Shown: piece by piece, positions 1-11,795 of the stretch
How the letters are laid out: every line of letters starts with the position of its first letter
Position numbering within the stretch: position 1 is the stretch's first letter
Assembly (NCBI GenBank): GCA_009103225.1
Contig: RHPI01000260.1
Coordinates: 630,203-694,202 of the forward strand
Direction: 5' to 3'
Source of the DNA: Chlorokybus atmophyticus
Lineage: Eukaryota; Plantae; Mesostigma and Chlorokybus algae
Length of the DNA: 64,000 nt
The notes under the pieces: model-generated
What the model saw: only the letters and a program-made list of their open reading frames with translations
Database searches by the model: none
Told to the model about the DNA's origin: nothing
Program-made: the position numbers and the translations under genes

Positions 1-99
1 TACTGTAAGTACACATGTACATGTCTGGTCTGTGCATGTCAATGCATGCCTGTGCTTCTCAGTGCTGTCACAGGCGTCGTCGTCGGCGGCGGTGGCGGC

Positions 100-1708
100 A
101 TGGACCCTCTGGCCAGCGAGTTCCTTGTCGCGGAGATCTTCTCTCAGGTTGGCGGACGCGAGCTTGCTCGGTGCTCCTGCGTCTGCCGCGCCTGGCGTCA
201 AGCGGCGCAGCAGGAGAGGCTTTGAAAGAAACTATGCGTGCAGCACTACCCTGTGGGTGAGGAGGTGTGTAGGCAGAGAAGTGTGTGATGATCAACCTGC
301 TGGCAGTAGCGTTCACGGGCAGAAGCGTTCAACTCACCAAAAGAATGTGGTGAGTTCAAAGGCAATTGCTTTGCGGTAGGAGTATGGCTTGTCGTGCTTT
401 TGCTTCAGTCACAGTGTCCACGTTGCCGGCAATGCTGCATGACTCACAAGCTGCTTAGCGTAAGTAACATGGGCCGCATGCTTGCTTTGCTCGAATTCAA
501 GTAGCATGTGACGCATGCGAGCTGTTCCGCACCATGACATCAAACGTGCAGATCCTGCTTGTAAGCATGCTTGTGGGACACTGAAGCACAAGTACGTGCT
601 TGTGCACACACAGTTGCGCTTGTGTGCATGCGTGTGCTGCCAGATAAACCGTTCCCACGCAGGCGTTGACGCGTGGACGTGCGCACGCGCACGCATACAC
701 ACACAGAGCCAAGCCTCATCGAGTCATGGAAGAGGGGGTTTTGGTTGGCTGTTGCAGTTATGTTAGCACTTGCGTGTACTACGCACATAGCGTGTATGTG
801 AGTGTGTGCGTGTAAGCGTGCGTGTCTACCATCCCAACAGCAAGGTGCTTGCAGCATGGTGCTTTCAGCGTCAACACTAATTGCCAACACTAACTCAACT
901 TGGATTCAACATGCACTGTGCACAGTCTATCCTGCAAGCTAAACCGCAGTGTCTTTGAACGTCTTCATGTCAACCCCTCTTTATACCTACTTGACCAGCT
1001 CAGAATGTTTGTCTCTCAGGTGCATAAGAAGGTAGGCACTGGATACCAGCGGTTGTATGCATAGTTTCAGAACAGACGCATGACGCGCATTGACAACCGC
1101 GAAACTGATGTAGAGGGCTATCTGTACACCATCACTGTGGTGGTGGATGGAAAAATGCGTACTGCAATACAGCTGAACAGGCAAGCCAGAAGACACATCA
1201 TTCATGTTGGTCAAAATGTGTCCAAGTATACATATATCAATGTATATATCAATGATGTGTCTGTCGGCTGTTATGCAGCTAGGATCACTGGCCATGTCCT
1301 TTGAGGATTGCCGCCTAACGTTGGAGGAGCCAAGCCACCTCCATGACCACGTTGCTGACCATGTCGATGTTGTGGTGCACATTGTGCGGCGCAGAGCCGG
1401 CAAGATGGCATGCTTGTTCAATACTAACAGAGCAGATGTTGACCGCCGCAAACTTGAATATTAGCTAACTGATGAGAGCGACAATGGTGAAGCAATCAAT
1501 GGTCACAGTTTGTGGGCCTGATGCGCAGTTTGGATAGCGCGCTGTTGTGTACTGTGCGGTGGATTTCTTTCTGAAACCTAGCGAAAGCGAGTTGGAGAAA
1601 CATCTTGCTCGGTTGAAAGTTTGCTTTTCAGACGATCAAGACGCTGCCGAGTTCTCCCCACAGCAACTCGATATATTATTGGCCAGCAATCTCATCACCT
1701 GGTGTTGA
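100..1708 (+). pseudogene. F-box protein gene with in-frame TGA (223-225) at the conserved Trp of the F-box; pseudogene, sequencing error or recoded
   Basis: ATG 100 gives MDPLASEFLVAEIFSQVGGRELARCSCVCRAWRQAAQQERL*KKLCVQHYP, a canonical F-box motif. Downstream exon-like segments are NRRMTRIDNRETDVEGYLYTITVVVDGK, LGSLAMSFEDCRL...RRAGKMACLF and RAVVYCAVDFFLKP...NLITWC* (stop 1706-1708). The 3' exon structure is uncertain. Confidence 0.6.
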
Positions 1709-2200
1709 TTGTCGCCTATGCATAGTCTGCTTTTCACACAACAGGCTGCGGCATGCCATCTTGCGTGTGACGTTTTACCACCAGCACAGAGGCGTACGCG
1801 GCGTTAGAGTAGATAGAACCGCCACTGGTGTGCTGTGCTGGTGTATGTGACTGGTATGTGTGCGCGAAGTGCAGGGAGCGACTAGGGCAGTAAGCGACTG
1901 CCGGACATGGTGGTATAGTAGTTTCTCTGATAAGGCAAGTCACAATGTTACATAGTTTCAGAACAAGTCGCGACATTGTTCTGTGCAGTAACGACTGATG
2001 CTGGTGTTGGCTCATTCACTCAAAATGCTGGCGCTTGTCTCTGTTCAACTGCTCGTGTCTGATGCTGCAGTGCATGCTGGAGTATACAGTCGATTGGTTA
2101 TGTACATGTCAAGCACACCAACAGGACAAGAATCAATCATCAATTGCAGCTCGCTAGCAGCTAGTCTAACCCCCACATCATGCAATGCGCCAGGGGGTTC

Positions 2201-5200
2201 CTACGATTGTTTCAAAACCACGCTAGGTGAGAGTTCTCCTTGAAGATCCGTCGTGAAGAAATGCGTCAAAGCGAAAAGCAGCAGCACGAACACAACCTGC
2301 GTGTTCATGATAGCAAAATGGCTGATGCTGGCGCCAATCTCCGCCCAGCTGCCGTGATCGCGCACAAGGAATAAGAAATGTAGTGCCATCACGTCGTACA
2401 ACAACAAGAGCATAAAGTAGAGGCCGAGGCGCGGGAGGCTGCGCATGCGCAAGACTGCTGCAAAGGCGCACGTCACCAACACGAAGGGCACCATCAGCTT
2501 GCCCAGCAACAACACCGTCATCAACCACGGGTCAAAAATGGTAGTGAAGCGATACACGGATGAGATCTCAAAGCTGGCCACGCTCGCGATGTTGCCCGTG
2601 CCGAAGAAGGCCACATTGACCAGAATCAGGAAGAAGAGTGCAATGCGGGCGTCCCGCAGGTGCAGCCGGCTTGCATGGGCTTTGGTGTAACGGGAAGCAT
2701 TTGACTGACTCTTTGCAGTTGCAGTTGGCAGCGCGGCGGATGTTGGGTTAGGTTCGGGAAGCCTGTCTGCCTCGTACAAGACCCACGCCATGAGTGTTGC
2801 CGCCAGCGCGCAGTAGAACAGAGACTCGTACGATATGCTGAGCATCAAGTACACGGGTGCGAAGCCAAGCATAACAGAAGTAAGCCGCGTGACAAAGTAC
2901 GGGGAAGAAAAGGCTGGAAGCACCATCGATGCGAAGGACACAGTCCAGTTGGCTAGTTGATGCGCAAGCGGCAGCCCTTGCTTCTGCGTGCGCAGGCGTG
3001 TTGTGTCATAAACCAACCATGTTGTCACGCCGACCGTTGCCAACTGAAGGCCAAGCAGCTTATACCCGACTGATAAGCCAGCGCCTTTGCCAGCTGCAGT
3101 TGCAGTCAAAGCCAGCACCAACACTAACACGCCGGCTACAACAACCAACGGCGTGTCCTCGCCAAACTCGACAGGCAAGAGCGTGAATACGCTCAGACAA
3201 CAACAGGAGATGAGGCTCAGAGACCCGAGTGTTCTCCTGTTCGGAGATGCAATAAAGGCCCACACGCCAGCAATGATGAAGAGACCCGTATAGATTTCAC
3301 GATAGAAGAAACTAAACACGATCGCCTCCAACAGTAGGAAGCCTGCCAGCCACTCAGCAAGGACACCAACAGTGAGAGCCCTGTGCTGTGATGTCCTCGA
3401 GACGAAAATGCTTCTCAGCGCCTTCAGCAGTGGCTTGCCATGATGCAGCACTTCGGTCCAGAAAAAGGCCGGCAAGGCGACATAAGCATAGTACATGGCA
3501 GGACTGCGTTCAACCAATAGCAACAGTGCCATCAGCAGGCCCACAATGCAGCCGATAAGCCTGGCCTCCGTGTACCTCTCCACACGCGCGTACTCTGACC
3601 CATGCGCCGTGTACATGCGCACGAGGTGCAGACTCAAGTATGCCATCCAGCCAAGATAACCAAGTGTGACTGTTGAAAGGAGGAAAAGCCAGTCGTACTT
3701 CTGGAAGTAATGCAGTCCCGCTTGACTCAACGCAATCAAAGCACGCGCCTTCACCTCTGCCGCTGCAAATTGTTTTCTAGCAATCATGTCTTCAATGTGC
3801 GCCACAGTTTTTTCAGCTCCATCAAGCGGCATGAACGGCCTGAATGCTAGCGCAACGGCTTGCTTTGAGCTTGATTTCTGCAACACCTGTATTCACATCG
3901 CAGTGTCAAGGATGCAACACCAGATATTGGTTGCAATGCAGTATGTAGTCTATCTTACGTTGATGTGTGCACGGCATACAACACCAACAGAGTGCTCTCA
4001 CCGCCTCACCTGCGCGAGGAGTTGCTTAGCATTCGTAAGCAGATACTCTACTCTGGCTGCAGGTGTGGCTTTCAAGTACCCGACCGGCAGCATGCCAACA
4101 GCGTTCATTGGGAAAGGTATTCCCAACACAGCCGCCATCAACGTGGCAATGTCTGCCTGGTTGACATCGCTCCGCGGCATGTCACTCAATCCCCAGTCTT
4201 CGGGCGTTGCTCTGTGCAGCTGGCAGTCGTCAACAAAGGTTGACTTCATGTCAGGCCTTTCAGCTGCCGCTCCATCATCATTTGGCTCGAAGATGAGATG
4301 GTGACCAGCAGGGCGAATGCCTGTTGCAGACAGACTGATGGCATGCTACGGTCAATATACATAAGCGATAAGACTTCTGGACGATGCGTAGAGTACACAT
4401 TGGGTTGTTATAATCTTGGACAAAGCAGCATCATGCACAAGTTCGAATGCATCATGATATGCAACAGGTGAAGGTAAGACACCTGAGCCCCAAGCCACCA
4501 AAGGCGTCTCTGTGTTTGTCGGGTGCCCATCACCATGGTTGCCCTTGTTGCTCATCCCGTGGTCTGCCGTAAAAATGTAAGCCGTCTGGTTATCCTCAAA
4601 GTGCTCCTGCACACTCTATGTTGGACAACAGCCAGGGTGGCAACATCATGTCATATGCGTGTACATACCTCCACAGCCTTGTACACCGCAGCTACTCCTT
4701 GGTCCACCAATCGAATATTGTCAAGGTACTCGTCCGAGTATGGCCGATAAGCATGTCCGTTGGTGTCCAAGCCAAGTAAGTGAAGAAACATGATCAGCCC
4801 GTCTCCAGACAGCTGGCGCGCGAGCGTGGCATTTGTCATGGCCGAGTCGAGCCAGTTGGCAAAGCGTTCGAACACCCATGTGTCGAGCTCGGATGCACTT
4901 GAACTGCCAAAGTCCTCGAGGTGAGCCGAGTAGCTGTGCGCTTCAGAGTGAGGTGTGTTCGTGCAGAAAATGGGCAGAATGTCGGGGCTGCCCCACGCCC
5001 AAGTGAACTTGCTTTCATTGAAGACGTGGTCAAACTCTACTGGGTTGGACTGCCAACCCTTAGTCACAGCGCTGGGATCCTCATAGAACCCCGCGATGAT
5101 CGACACGTGACCAGGCCTGGACTCTGTTGGTGGCCGCGCATGTGAAACACCCCACCTGAGCCAGCATGAGCAAAGTCACCACCAACAGAGTCTAGGCCTG

Positions 5201-5981
5201 CAAGCATGTCATGCATGCGCATGTAGTAAACATGTAATCATGTGTTAAGAATACAAATGCACTCAGACTGCCCTGCCTGCCAGTAGAGTTGATGATGGAG
5301 CGCATGAACGGGGCACGAGGACCGTCGCTCTCAACTTCGAACAACTTGTCTGCGCGCAAGCCGTCCCCCACAAACAGGATGAGCCGTTTTGCAAGCGGTG
5401 GTGCTATCTCCGGGCGAGGGGCCACTGGTGTCATTCCGTGAACAAGGGGTGTCTGCATTCAAAGGCTGCGCACTCAATGCATGCATACATGCCAAGTGCA
5501 TGCCGTAGTATATCCATGCTACAACATGCAAGCATTGATGTACTGTGCTGCATTGCATGCATGGGAGAGCAGGGCATGTGTTTCGGTGTCACAGTGCGTG
5601 CACCCTGGCAGACAGAGCATGAGGTAGGCAAGCTGAAACGGTAATCTGCACGACTTACACCAGCTTGCATTACATCAGGCGTACCCAATGCACAAGCAGC
5701 TTGCTCGCCAACCGTCACACATGGTGCATTGGATGCATGCAAGTATGCCGTCGAGTATAGATATCTGTAGATGATAAACACCATTAAGAGCAAAGCCATC
5801 CTCCTCGCACCTTGAAGTAGATGTCAAAAATGGAGAACAGGTACACTGCGTGCACAATGACGCCCAGCAGTATGAGCGCCCACGCCGAGGGGGTCGTGCC
5901 CAACAAAGACGACAGCCACCCATCCCGCCCCTGCCGCACCGCTCCCTTGCCGCCTCCGCCATCGCCCCGCTGGCGCACCAT
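2201..5981 (-). CDS. PIGN: GPI ethanolamine phosphate transferase 1 (PIG-N/MCD4), multi-exon
   Basis: Spliced motifs: [94 protein letters not shown], then a multi-TM C-terminus with [22 protein letters not shown]. Start could alternatively be 6017. Confidence 0.95.
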
Positions 5982-6430
5982 ACCGTCGCCGCCCACATCA
6001 CACAGCCCAACAACCACATGCGAGCTGCTGTTAATCAGTGCTCATGTGCTTGGCAGCGGCGGCGTGGGCGGTATTGAGGGCCAAGTCGGCGTCGTTCCAT
6101 GCTACCGCTATTGTAGGCCTTCAACCAGGGTCTCGGTGGCACCAAGATCGTGGCTTTTGGTGTGGCCTGCAGCTGGCTGCTGCCTGCTCTGCTGGAGCTG
6201 GACTGTGCTTAGGGTTTGCATGAGTGCTGAGGCAGGTGTTCCTCACACGTGCTCATTGCCATTATGCGCAAGCCAAGGATTTCACTTTGTTGATTAAGCG
6301 CGTCGCGCATGGCTGAGGTGGTGTTGAAGCCGTGTTGGGATAGTAAGCCTGCTGCTGCCACCCCGAAGCATCAGCTCAACGGTAGTTGAGAGCAACAGGA
6401 CGACGGCGTTCCGGCTCTGTGTGTGCTGTT

Positions 6431-9400
6431 ATGGAACCCAATAGACCATCAACGTCTGGTGGCAGGTAATGTTGCTAACATGCTTGAGGGTTAGCTGCAA
6501 CCATGCACCGCCATTGCAGTGAGCATGACAGTCTTTGACCTAGATAGCGTCAAAGTTGAGGGGACGTGATGCTGGTTATCCTATGCATTGACCTGCTTGG
6601 CTATGCATGCGTGTAACAGCCAAGCATTGCTGTGTAACTTGCAAAAGTTGCACAGTGTACCATTCACAGTAGTAGCCACCTTTCAACGAGGCAAGAGTAT
6701 GAGCTTGTTGTGAGTAGTCATGCTCGACCGTGCAGGTATGCGCCTGGGGACTTTCGTTACAATGGCCGGGCGGCGGTTGCGTTGGTGCCCTGCCTGCTGC
6801 TGCTTGCTGGTACCAGCAGCCTGGTTGGGCCCATTCTGCTTGTTGGGTTGATGGTCACGCACCTCCTAGACACGTTACACCTCAAGGAGCCCGCACTCTT
6901 ATCAGCATGGCTTGCGCTGGCTGCCACCAATCTGGCAGTGCTTTTCAGGCAAGTACTTCTTTGGTTGGAAGATGTGCAGCTTTTCTGTACGCATGCAGAT
7001 GAACGCATGCAGCTTCTCTGTTCACCATCAATGGCATTGTACGTTATGGCTGCATGCTTGCCTTCACATTATTGGTTGAGCGCATGTCAAACGCTCATAT
7101 GCTGAGCTTAAGTGATGCGTATGGCAGCGGCAGTGCATTTCCTGCAGGACGGCCGCTGCTGCTGTCGATTTTGCTGTTACTATTGAGTGGACAGGTGCTG
7201 TTTCTGTCTGGCGCGTGGGTAACTCTGCAGTTCAAGTGGGTACAGGTACTGCTACTTGTTTCGTGCAAGTTGGTTTGTGACCCGCTTCCTTTGTCAATAA
7301 TCGTGCTTCGTTTAATGGACAACCGCCCTGCTGATGAGCAAGTAAACTTTCAGGTCCAGTATCCGCAAACGGCCCTGACCTTTGAGCGGCTAATCTTTGC
7401 TGCTTCACCCTACACGGCAGCTGCTTTGCAAACATACGCACTTGCTGCTGCAACAGGCATATCCGTGGCACCTTTTTACTACTTGGCGGTTTTCACTGTA
7501 TTGTATTGGCTGTTTGCACTCCCGGCTCACTCTTCCTTCAAGACTCACGCACCTGGCAGCCTCACCCTCGGTGGGCACGTTGATCAGGATGCCATGATTT
7601 GCACAGGCGTCGACAATGCTTTGCACGCAGCGGCAATGCTCGTATTGCCACCCACGCTCCACATCGCCATCCATTGGCCGACGATGCTCAACTCCTGGGC
7701 AGACAGCAGCAGTCTATTGATACTACTGTCTGCGCCACCGCTGATCCTCATGATAGCATCAGCACGCGATGCACTATGGTGGCTGGCGAAGGATGACATA
7801 ATCGCTGCCCTGCGTGGCCCTGCCACACTGATAGCCTTAGCCGTACTGGTAGCAGGCGTAGAGGCGAGAGTGGTCTTGTACTCTCTCAGCCAGTATGTGT
7901 CTCTTCCATACCCATGGAACGTAGTTTTCGTGTCATGCGCTCTTTATGGAACGGCTGCAGCAGTGGCAGCACACTTCTTGGACCTCATCCGACAGTATGT
8001 CAACTCAGCCGCTGCCACAGTACTGGCATTGATTGTTGGCTTGGCTGCAGCTGTGGCAGTTGGCATGCCACCCCCAATGCTGCCGGCGCCAGCATTGTCG
8101 GCAGTATACTTGGTGCAGTACTACTACGGCCACAGCGTGCGGGACTATGCGGTATTTGCAATTGGAGCACTCGTGTGCGCTGCTTGGTTTGTCGCGCACA
8201 ATTTCTGGTTTCTGGATATCACGTTTGGAGAGGTCAGATTAACAACAGTCTGCCAGCTCCTCATTGGCGCTGTTGCGCTGGCTCTGGTAGTGCCTGGCCT
8301 TGTCGCCATGCGCAAAGCATCTTTGATGACACCCTTCTTGGTGTTGCAAGCGGTAATCATCTGCGTCATCGAAGACCGGCTACATGCTCAAGCAGAGGGG
8401 GAAGAAGGGCTCTACCCGACTTGGGCGGTTGTGTTCACCTCTGTACTCGGCCTCTTTTTGACTCACGCTTTGCACGTCAGTGGGCGGATCAGCAGGGTTG
8501 CACATTGGCTCGTGCAGTGTATATACGGCTCAAAGCTAGCGCTGGCGCTGTTGCCATCTGACTCGGCCCTACGGTCAGCCATAGCACTCTCTGTTGCATT
8601 CACCCCGCCGCTGCTGCTTCCAGAAGGACCGCAAAGAGCAAAGATACTGCCAGGTCGGGGGGTCCTCCAGGCTGTGGCTGTGGTTGTGGCTGTGCTTTTC
8701 AGTCGCAATACTGTCTTTGAGCTGCTGGCATGGTGGACGGGAGGACGACCCTCAGAAGGCACACTGGCGGGAACGCTGCTGCTGTTGACTGCAGCTGGAC
8801 TCTTCCCTCTTGTCACAGTGCACTATCCTCAGCAGCAGGTACTGCCTCTTTTACTCATTGGCATCACCAACATGTGGCATACCATGGTACCAGATTCACA
8901 TGGCAAATACGTGTTGTACACTTGTGTAGTGGTGTTCTATGTATTTTGCCTTCTTTTTCTGGACCTCATGCGCGTGCACATTGACTTCTGCAGGGCTTTC
9001 GAAGAGCGGTTGTTCTGCTTGGGGCTGCAGGGGTGATGTTCATCCTGCTGAAGCCGCCGCTTCCCGACTTGTTGGGGTTGGTTTGGGACCGCGAGCACAC
9101 ACCTGAGCACGACGTGGACGACATCACAATATATGGCACAACAGGGCACTCGTCAACATGGCCATCTTGGCTTCTTGTCGCATGCGTGCTGCTGTCGGGC
9201 GCAGCATTCTCAGGCGCAATACCAATCCACGAGTCCTCAGCTGCTCGCTTAGCTTATGCCATAGCAGCTGGCCTTGGCGGTGGCGTGTACCTCTCTCTGC
9301 AGTATTTTATCGTTGAACCTGTTCTGCATGTCTTGATCGTGCTGGCGTGCACGCTCACATCAATTATCATGGTGTTCACGCACCTGCCTTCCACGTCAAG

Positions 9401-10460
9401 CCCGAAGCACCTGCCGTGGGTTTTTGCCCTCCTGGTGGCACTGTTCCCGGTGTCATGGCTGACCCATGAGTTGTTTAGAGCAAAGACACACGTGCCAGCT
9501 GGCATCCGGTTGGCACTGCGCATGGGTGGGAGAGCCGGTCTGGAAGCGCTGTGGGCAACACTTCTGATGGCGATAGCCTTGCAGCTGAAGCTGAAAGTGG
9601 CCTCGTTGCTGCGAGCGACAGCAGTGAAGCACACGCGGCCGTCGCACGCCTTTGCACCGGCGCATCGAGCACTGCACTTGCAATCCACGCTCGCTGCGCA
9701 GAGGCTGAGAGAAGAAGGAGACTGGATGCCATCTGTTGGCAACGCCGCGACAATTGTCTCGTTCATACTCAGTCTGGCGCTTCTGCTCCAGCATGCCGCA
9801 GGATCGGACCTCGCGATCCTCGCGCTCGCACCCGTGCTGCTCTTGCTGCAGCAGGACGCCTTCCTGTTCAAGAACCTCACCGATCAAAGGCGCTACTTCC
9901 CTGTCGCTCTGGGCGTGACGTGTTACTTGACAATCGCTTCTGCACACCGGCTGATGCTGAACATTCTTCAAGAAGCAAGGTAATTACCACCTGTACAGTC
10001 CACCACTGCTTCAGTATCAACCCGTTCATGGTTACTCGTTGTTGGGTATATTGCATGCTGCATTCTGTTGTCAAGGACGGGTCATGTGAGCCTGTTTGCC
10101 TGACGTGTGTTAACACGTGTACGAACATTACTTGTACTGAAAATGTAACCCGCTTATGTTTGCAGTGTTGCTGCCTATGTAGCCGAAACAGGCGTTCCAA
10201 ACTACTTGCTGTACGCATTGAAGAACATCATAATGTTGCTCCTTCCTCTTCCAGTACACAGCGTGGCGCTGAAGTACTTGTGGGACTTGGCGCGCGTTCC
10301 CGACCTGTGGCTGCTGCTCCTCACGCCGATATGCGTGCCGCCTGTGATTATGGCGGACCTGTCTTCTATACGCTCACTTGCCATCATCGGCATAGTGGCC
10401 GCGGGGGCTCAGTACTTTGTATCGCAGCGGATTCGGTCGGCTGGCATGAAGTACATCTGA
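6431..10460 (+). CDS. NEF1: NO EXINE FORMATION 1-like multi-pass membrane protein
   Basis: Short exon 1 (MEPNRPSTSGGR, 6431-6465) splices in phase to RYAPGDFRYNGRAAVALVPCLL, which resembles the plant NEF1 N-terminal FxYNGRxAxALVP segment. Long hydrophobic ORFs at 7054-9036, 9033-9983 and 10206-10460 end in RIRSAGMKYI*. Confidence 0.85.
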
Positions 10461-11699
10461 TTGCAAGCATTTACGCGAAGTTATGTATACAGGAAGAGAC
10501 TCTATTTGTTGCTTTCTTTGTTTTCACAGGTGCAGAAGCCGCTGCTTCGGTTATGCATGATTGGTGCTGTGGCCTGCGAGCTATGCGTGCATGCAGGGCA
10601 TAACGTAACTGGGAATGATATGTCTAACAGTGCAGTAAATTGCCAGCTTGTGCAAAAAGGTGCAGCACAGAAGCAAATGCATTGACAAACATGCGGGCCT
10701 ATGTTCACACACCGCGCTGATCATGTGCACGCATTGCTGACAATGCGGTGCCACAAGCATTTGCGGCAAGCCCACACAAGCTGCCAGCTTGTGCATAGCG
10801 GTACTGGATGCATGACTGTAGTATGCAAGTAACTGGTGCGAGGCCAAACATAGCAAAGGAACCCGCAGTAGGTTTGGGGAGAGAAGCGCGCGCACACTGC
10901 AGGAACGGAAAGCACTAGAACCATATGAGCGCATGCCGACGTGACTGAACTGCATCAGACCTGGGAGAAGGGGGCACGAGAGAGGGAAAGACATGCCACT
11001 GGTAGAGGAGACCCACGGGACATTGGGTGACGACTTCCACATGGTATTCGTCTGCGATGTGAGGCGAGCGGTGGCTGGTCGAGGCTTGGACTTGCGTCGT
11101 CTAAGTGGCTTCGTCACGCTCTTCTGCCAGCGTATGGCGTGTGAATTGCAGCGGGCACACGCGCGGGCGAGGATGGGAGCAGGGAGCAGCAGCGGTGTTG
11201 GCCATGCCAGGATGGGCGCCATTGCTGACAGCGCCGTCGACCACAGAGGCAGACGTTGCACTCGCGGCACCGGTGTGAAGACGTGTATGTAAAGCGAATA
11301 GATGCAAAGCCCACACACTCGCACTAATACGCATGTATGCGTGTCTAACGGGGAGGTCTAGCATATTGTAGCGTATTGAGGAGAAACAAGCAGTATGTAA
11401 TAGCCCGGTGGTGATGTGCATGAGCATGCTTGCATGTTGTTTGCGGTGCGCTTGTGTGTACAAAGCATGCCTAAAACCGCCTCGCGCATATCCTGTACGG
11501 TATAGGATATGTGAAGTGGTTTTGATAGTGCTGTGGTTGTGTTGGTAGATTGGTATATGTGTGTGGTAGGTATGTTGACAAACTGCAGATCTGAACTCAG
11601 ACCACTCCGTAGTCGAGATGTATCCTGGCTGCGAACTCGTTAAGAATTCAGACCTGCATTCAGCGAATTAGGGCTGACGTTAAGGCGCGGCAGCGCAAA

Positions 11700-11721
11700 G
11701 CGGCGGCGGCGGCGGCGGCGG
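11700..11721. repeat. (GGC)n tract upstream of UTP21
   Basis: Seen directly. Confidence 0.9.
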
Positions 11722-11795
11722 TGTTGTTGGCGACCTGCGTGGCGGCTACGATGGGATAGAGCTATCTCACAGCAGCCCTACCGTTTTGGACAGTC

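Noticed and set aside
223-225. Alternative nuclear genetic code (TGA = Trp)
   Set aside because: TGA is the normal terminator of NEF1, TRAPPC4, the WD40 gene and RPAP2, and no other in-frame TGA was needed in conserved exons.
1060-1965. 15-bp direct repeat CATAGTTTCAGAACA at 1060 and 1951
   Set aside because: No extended flanking similarity; too short to define an LTR or duplication.
9551-10603. 350-aa plus-strand ORF and the many other long overlapping or antisense ORFs in the track (e.g. 17192-17902, 7914-8561, 9254-9880)
   Set aside because: They are alternative-frame or antisense shadows of real GC-rich exons; no recognisable motifs.
11114-11323. Cys-rich minus-strand frame CEC...CRECNVCLCGRRRCQQW resembling a piggyBac zinc ribbon
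   Set aside because: Spacing is imperfect, an in-frame stop lies immediately upstream and there is no DDE domain, TIR or TTAA target site; plausible by chance in GC-rich DNA.
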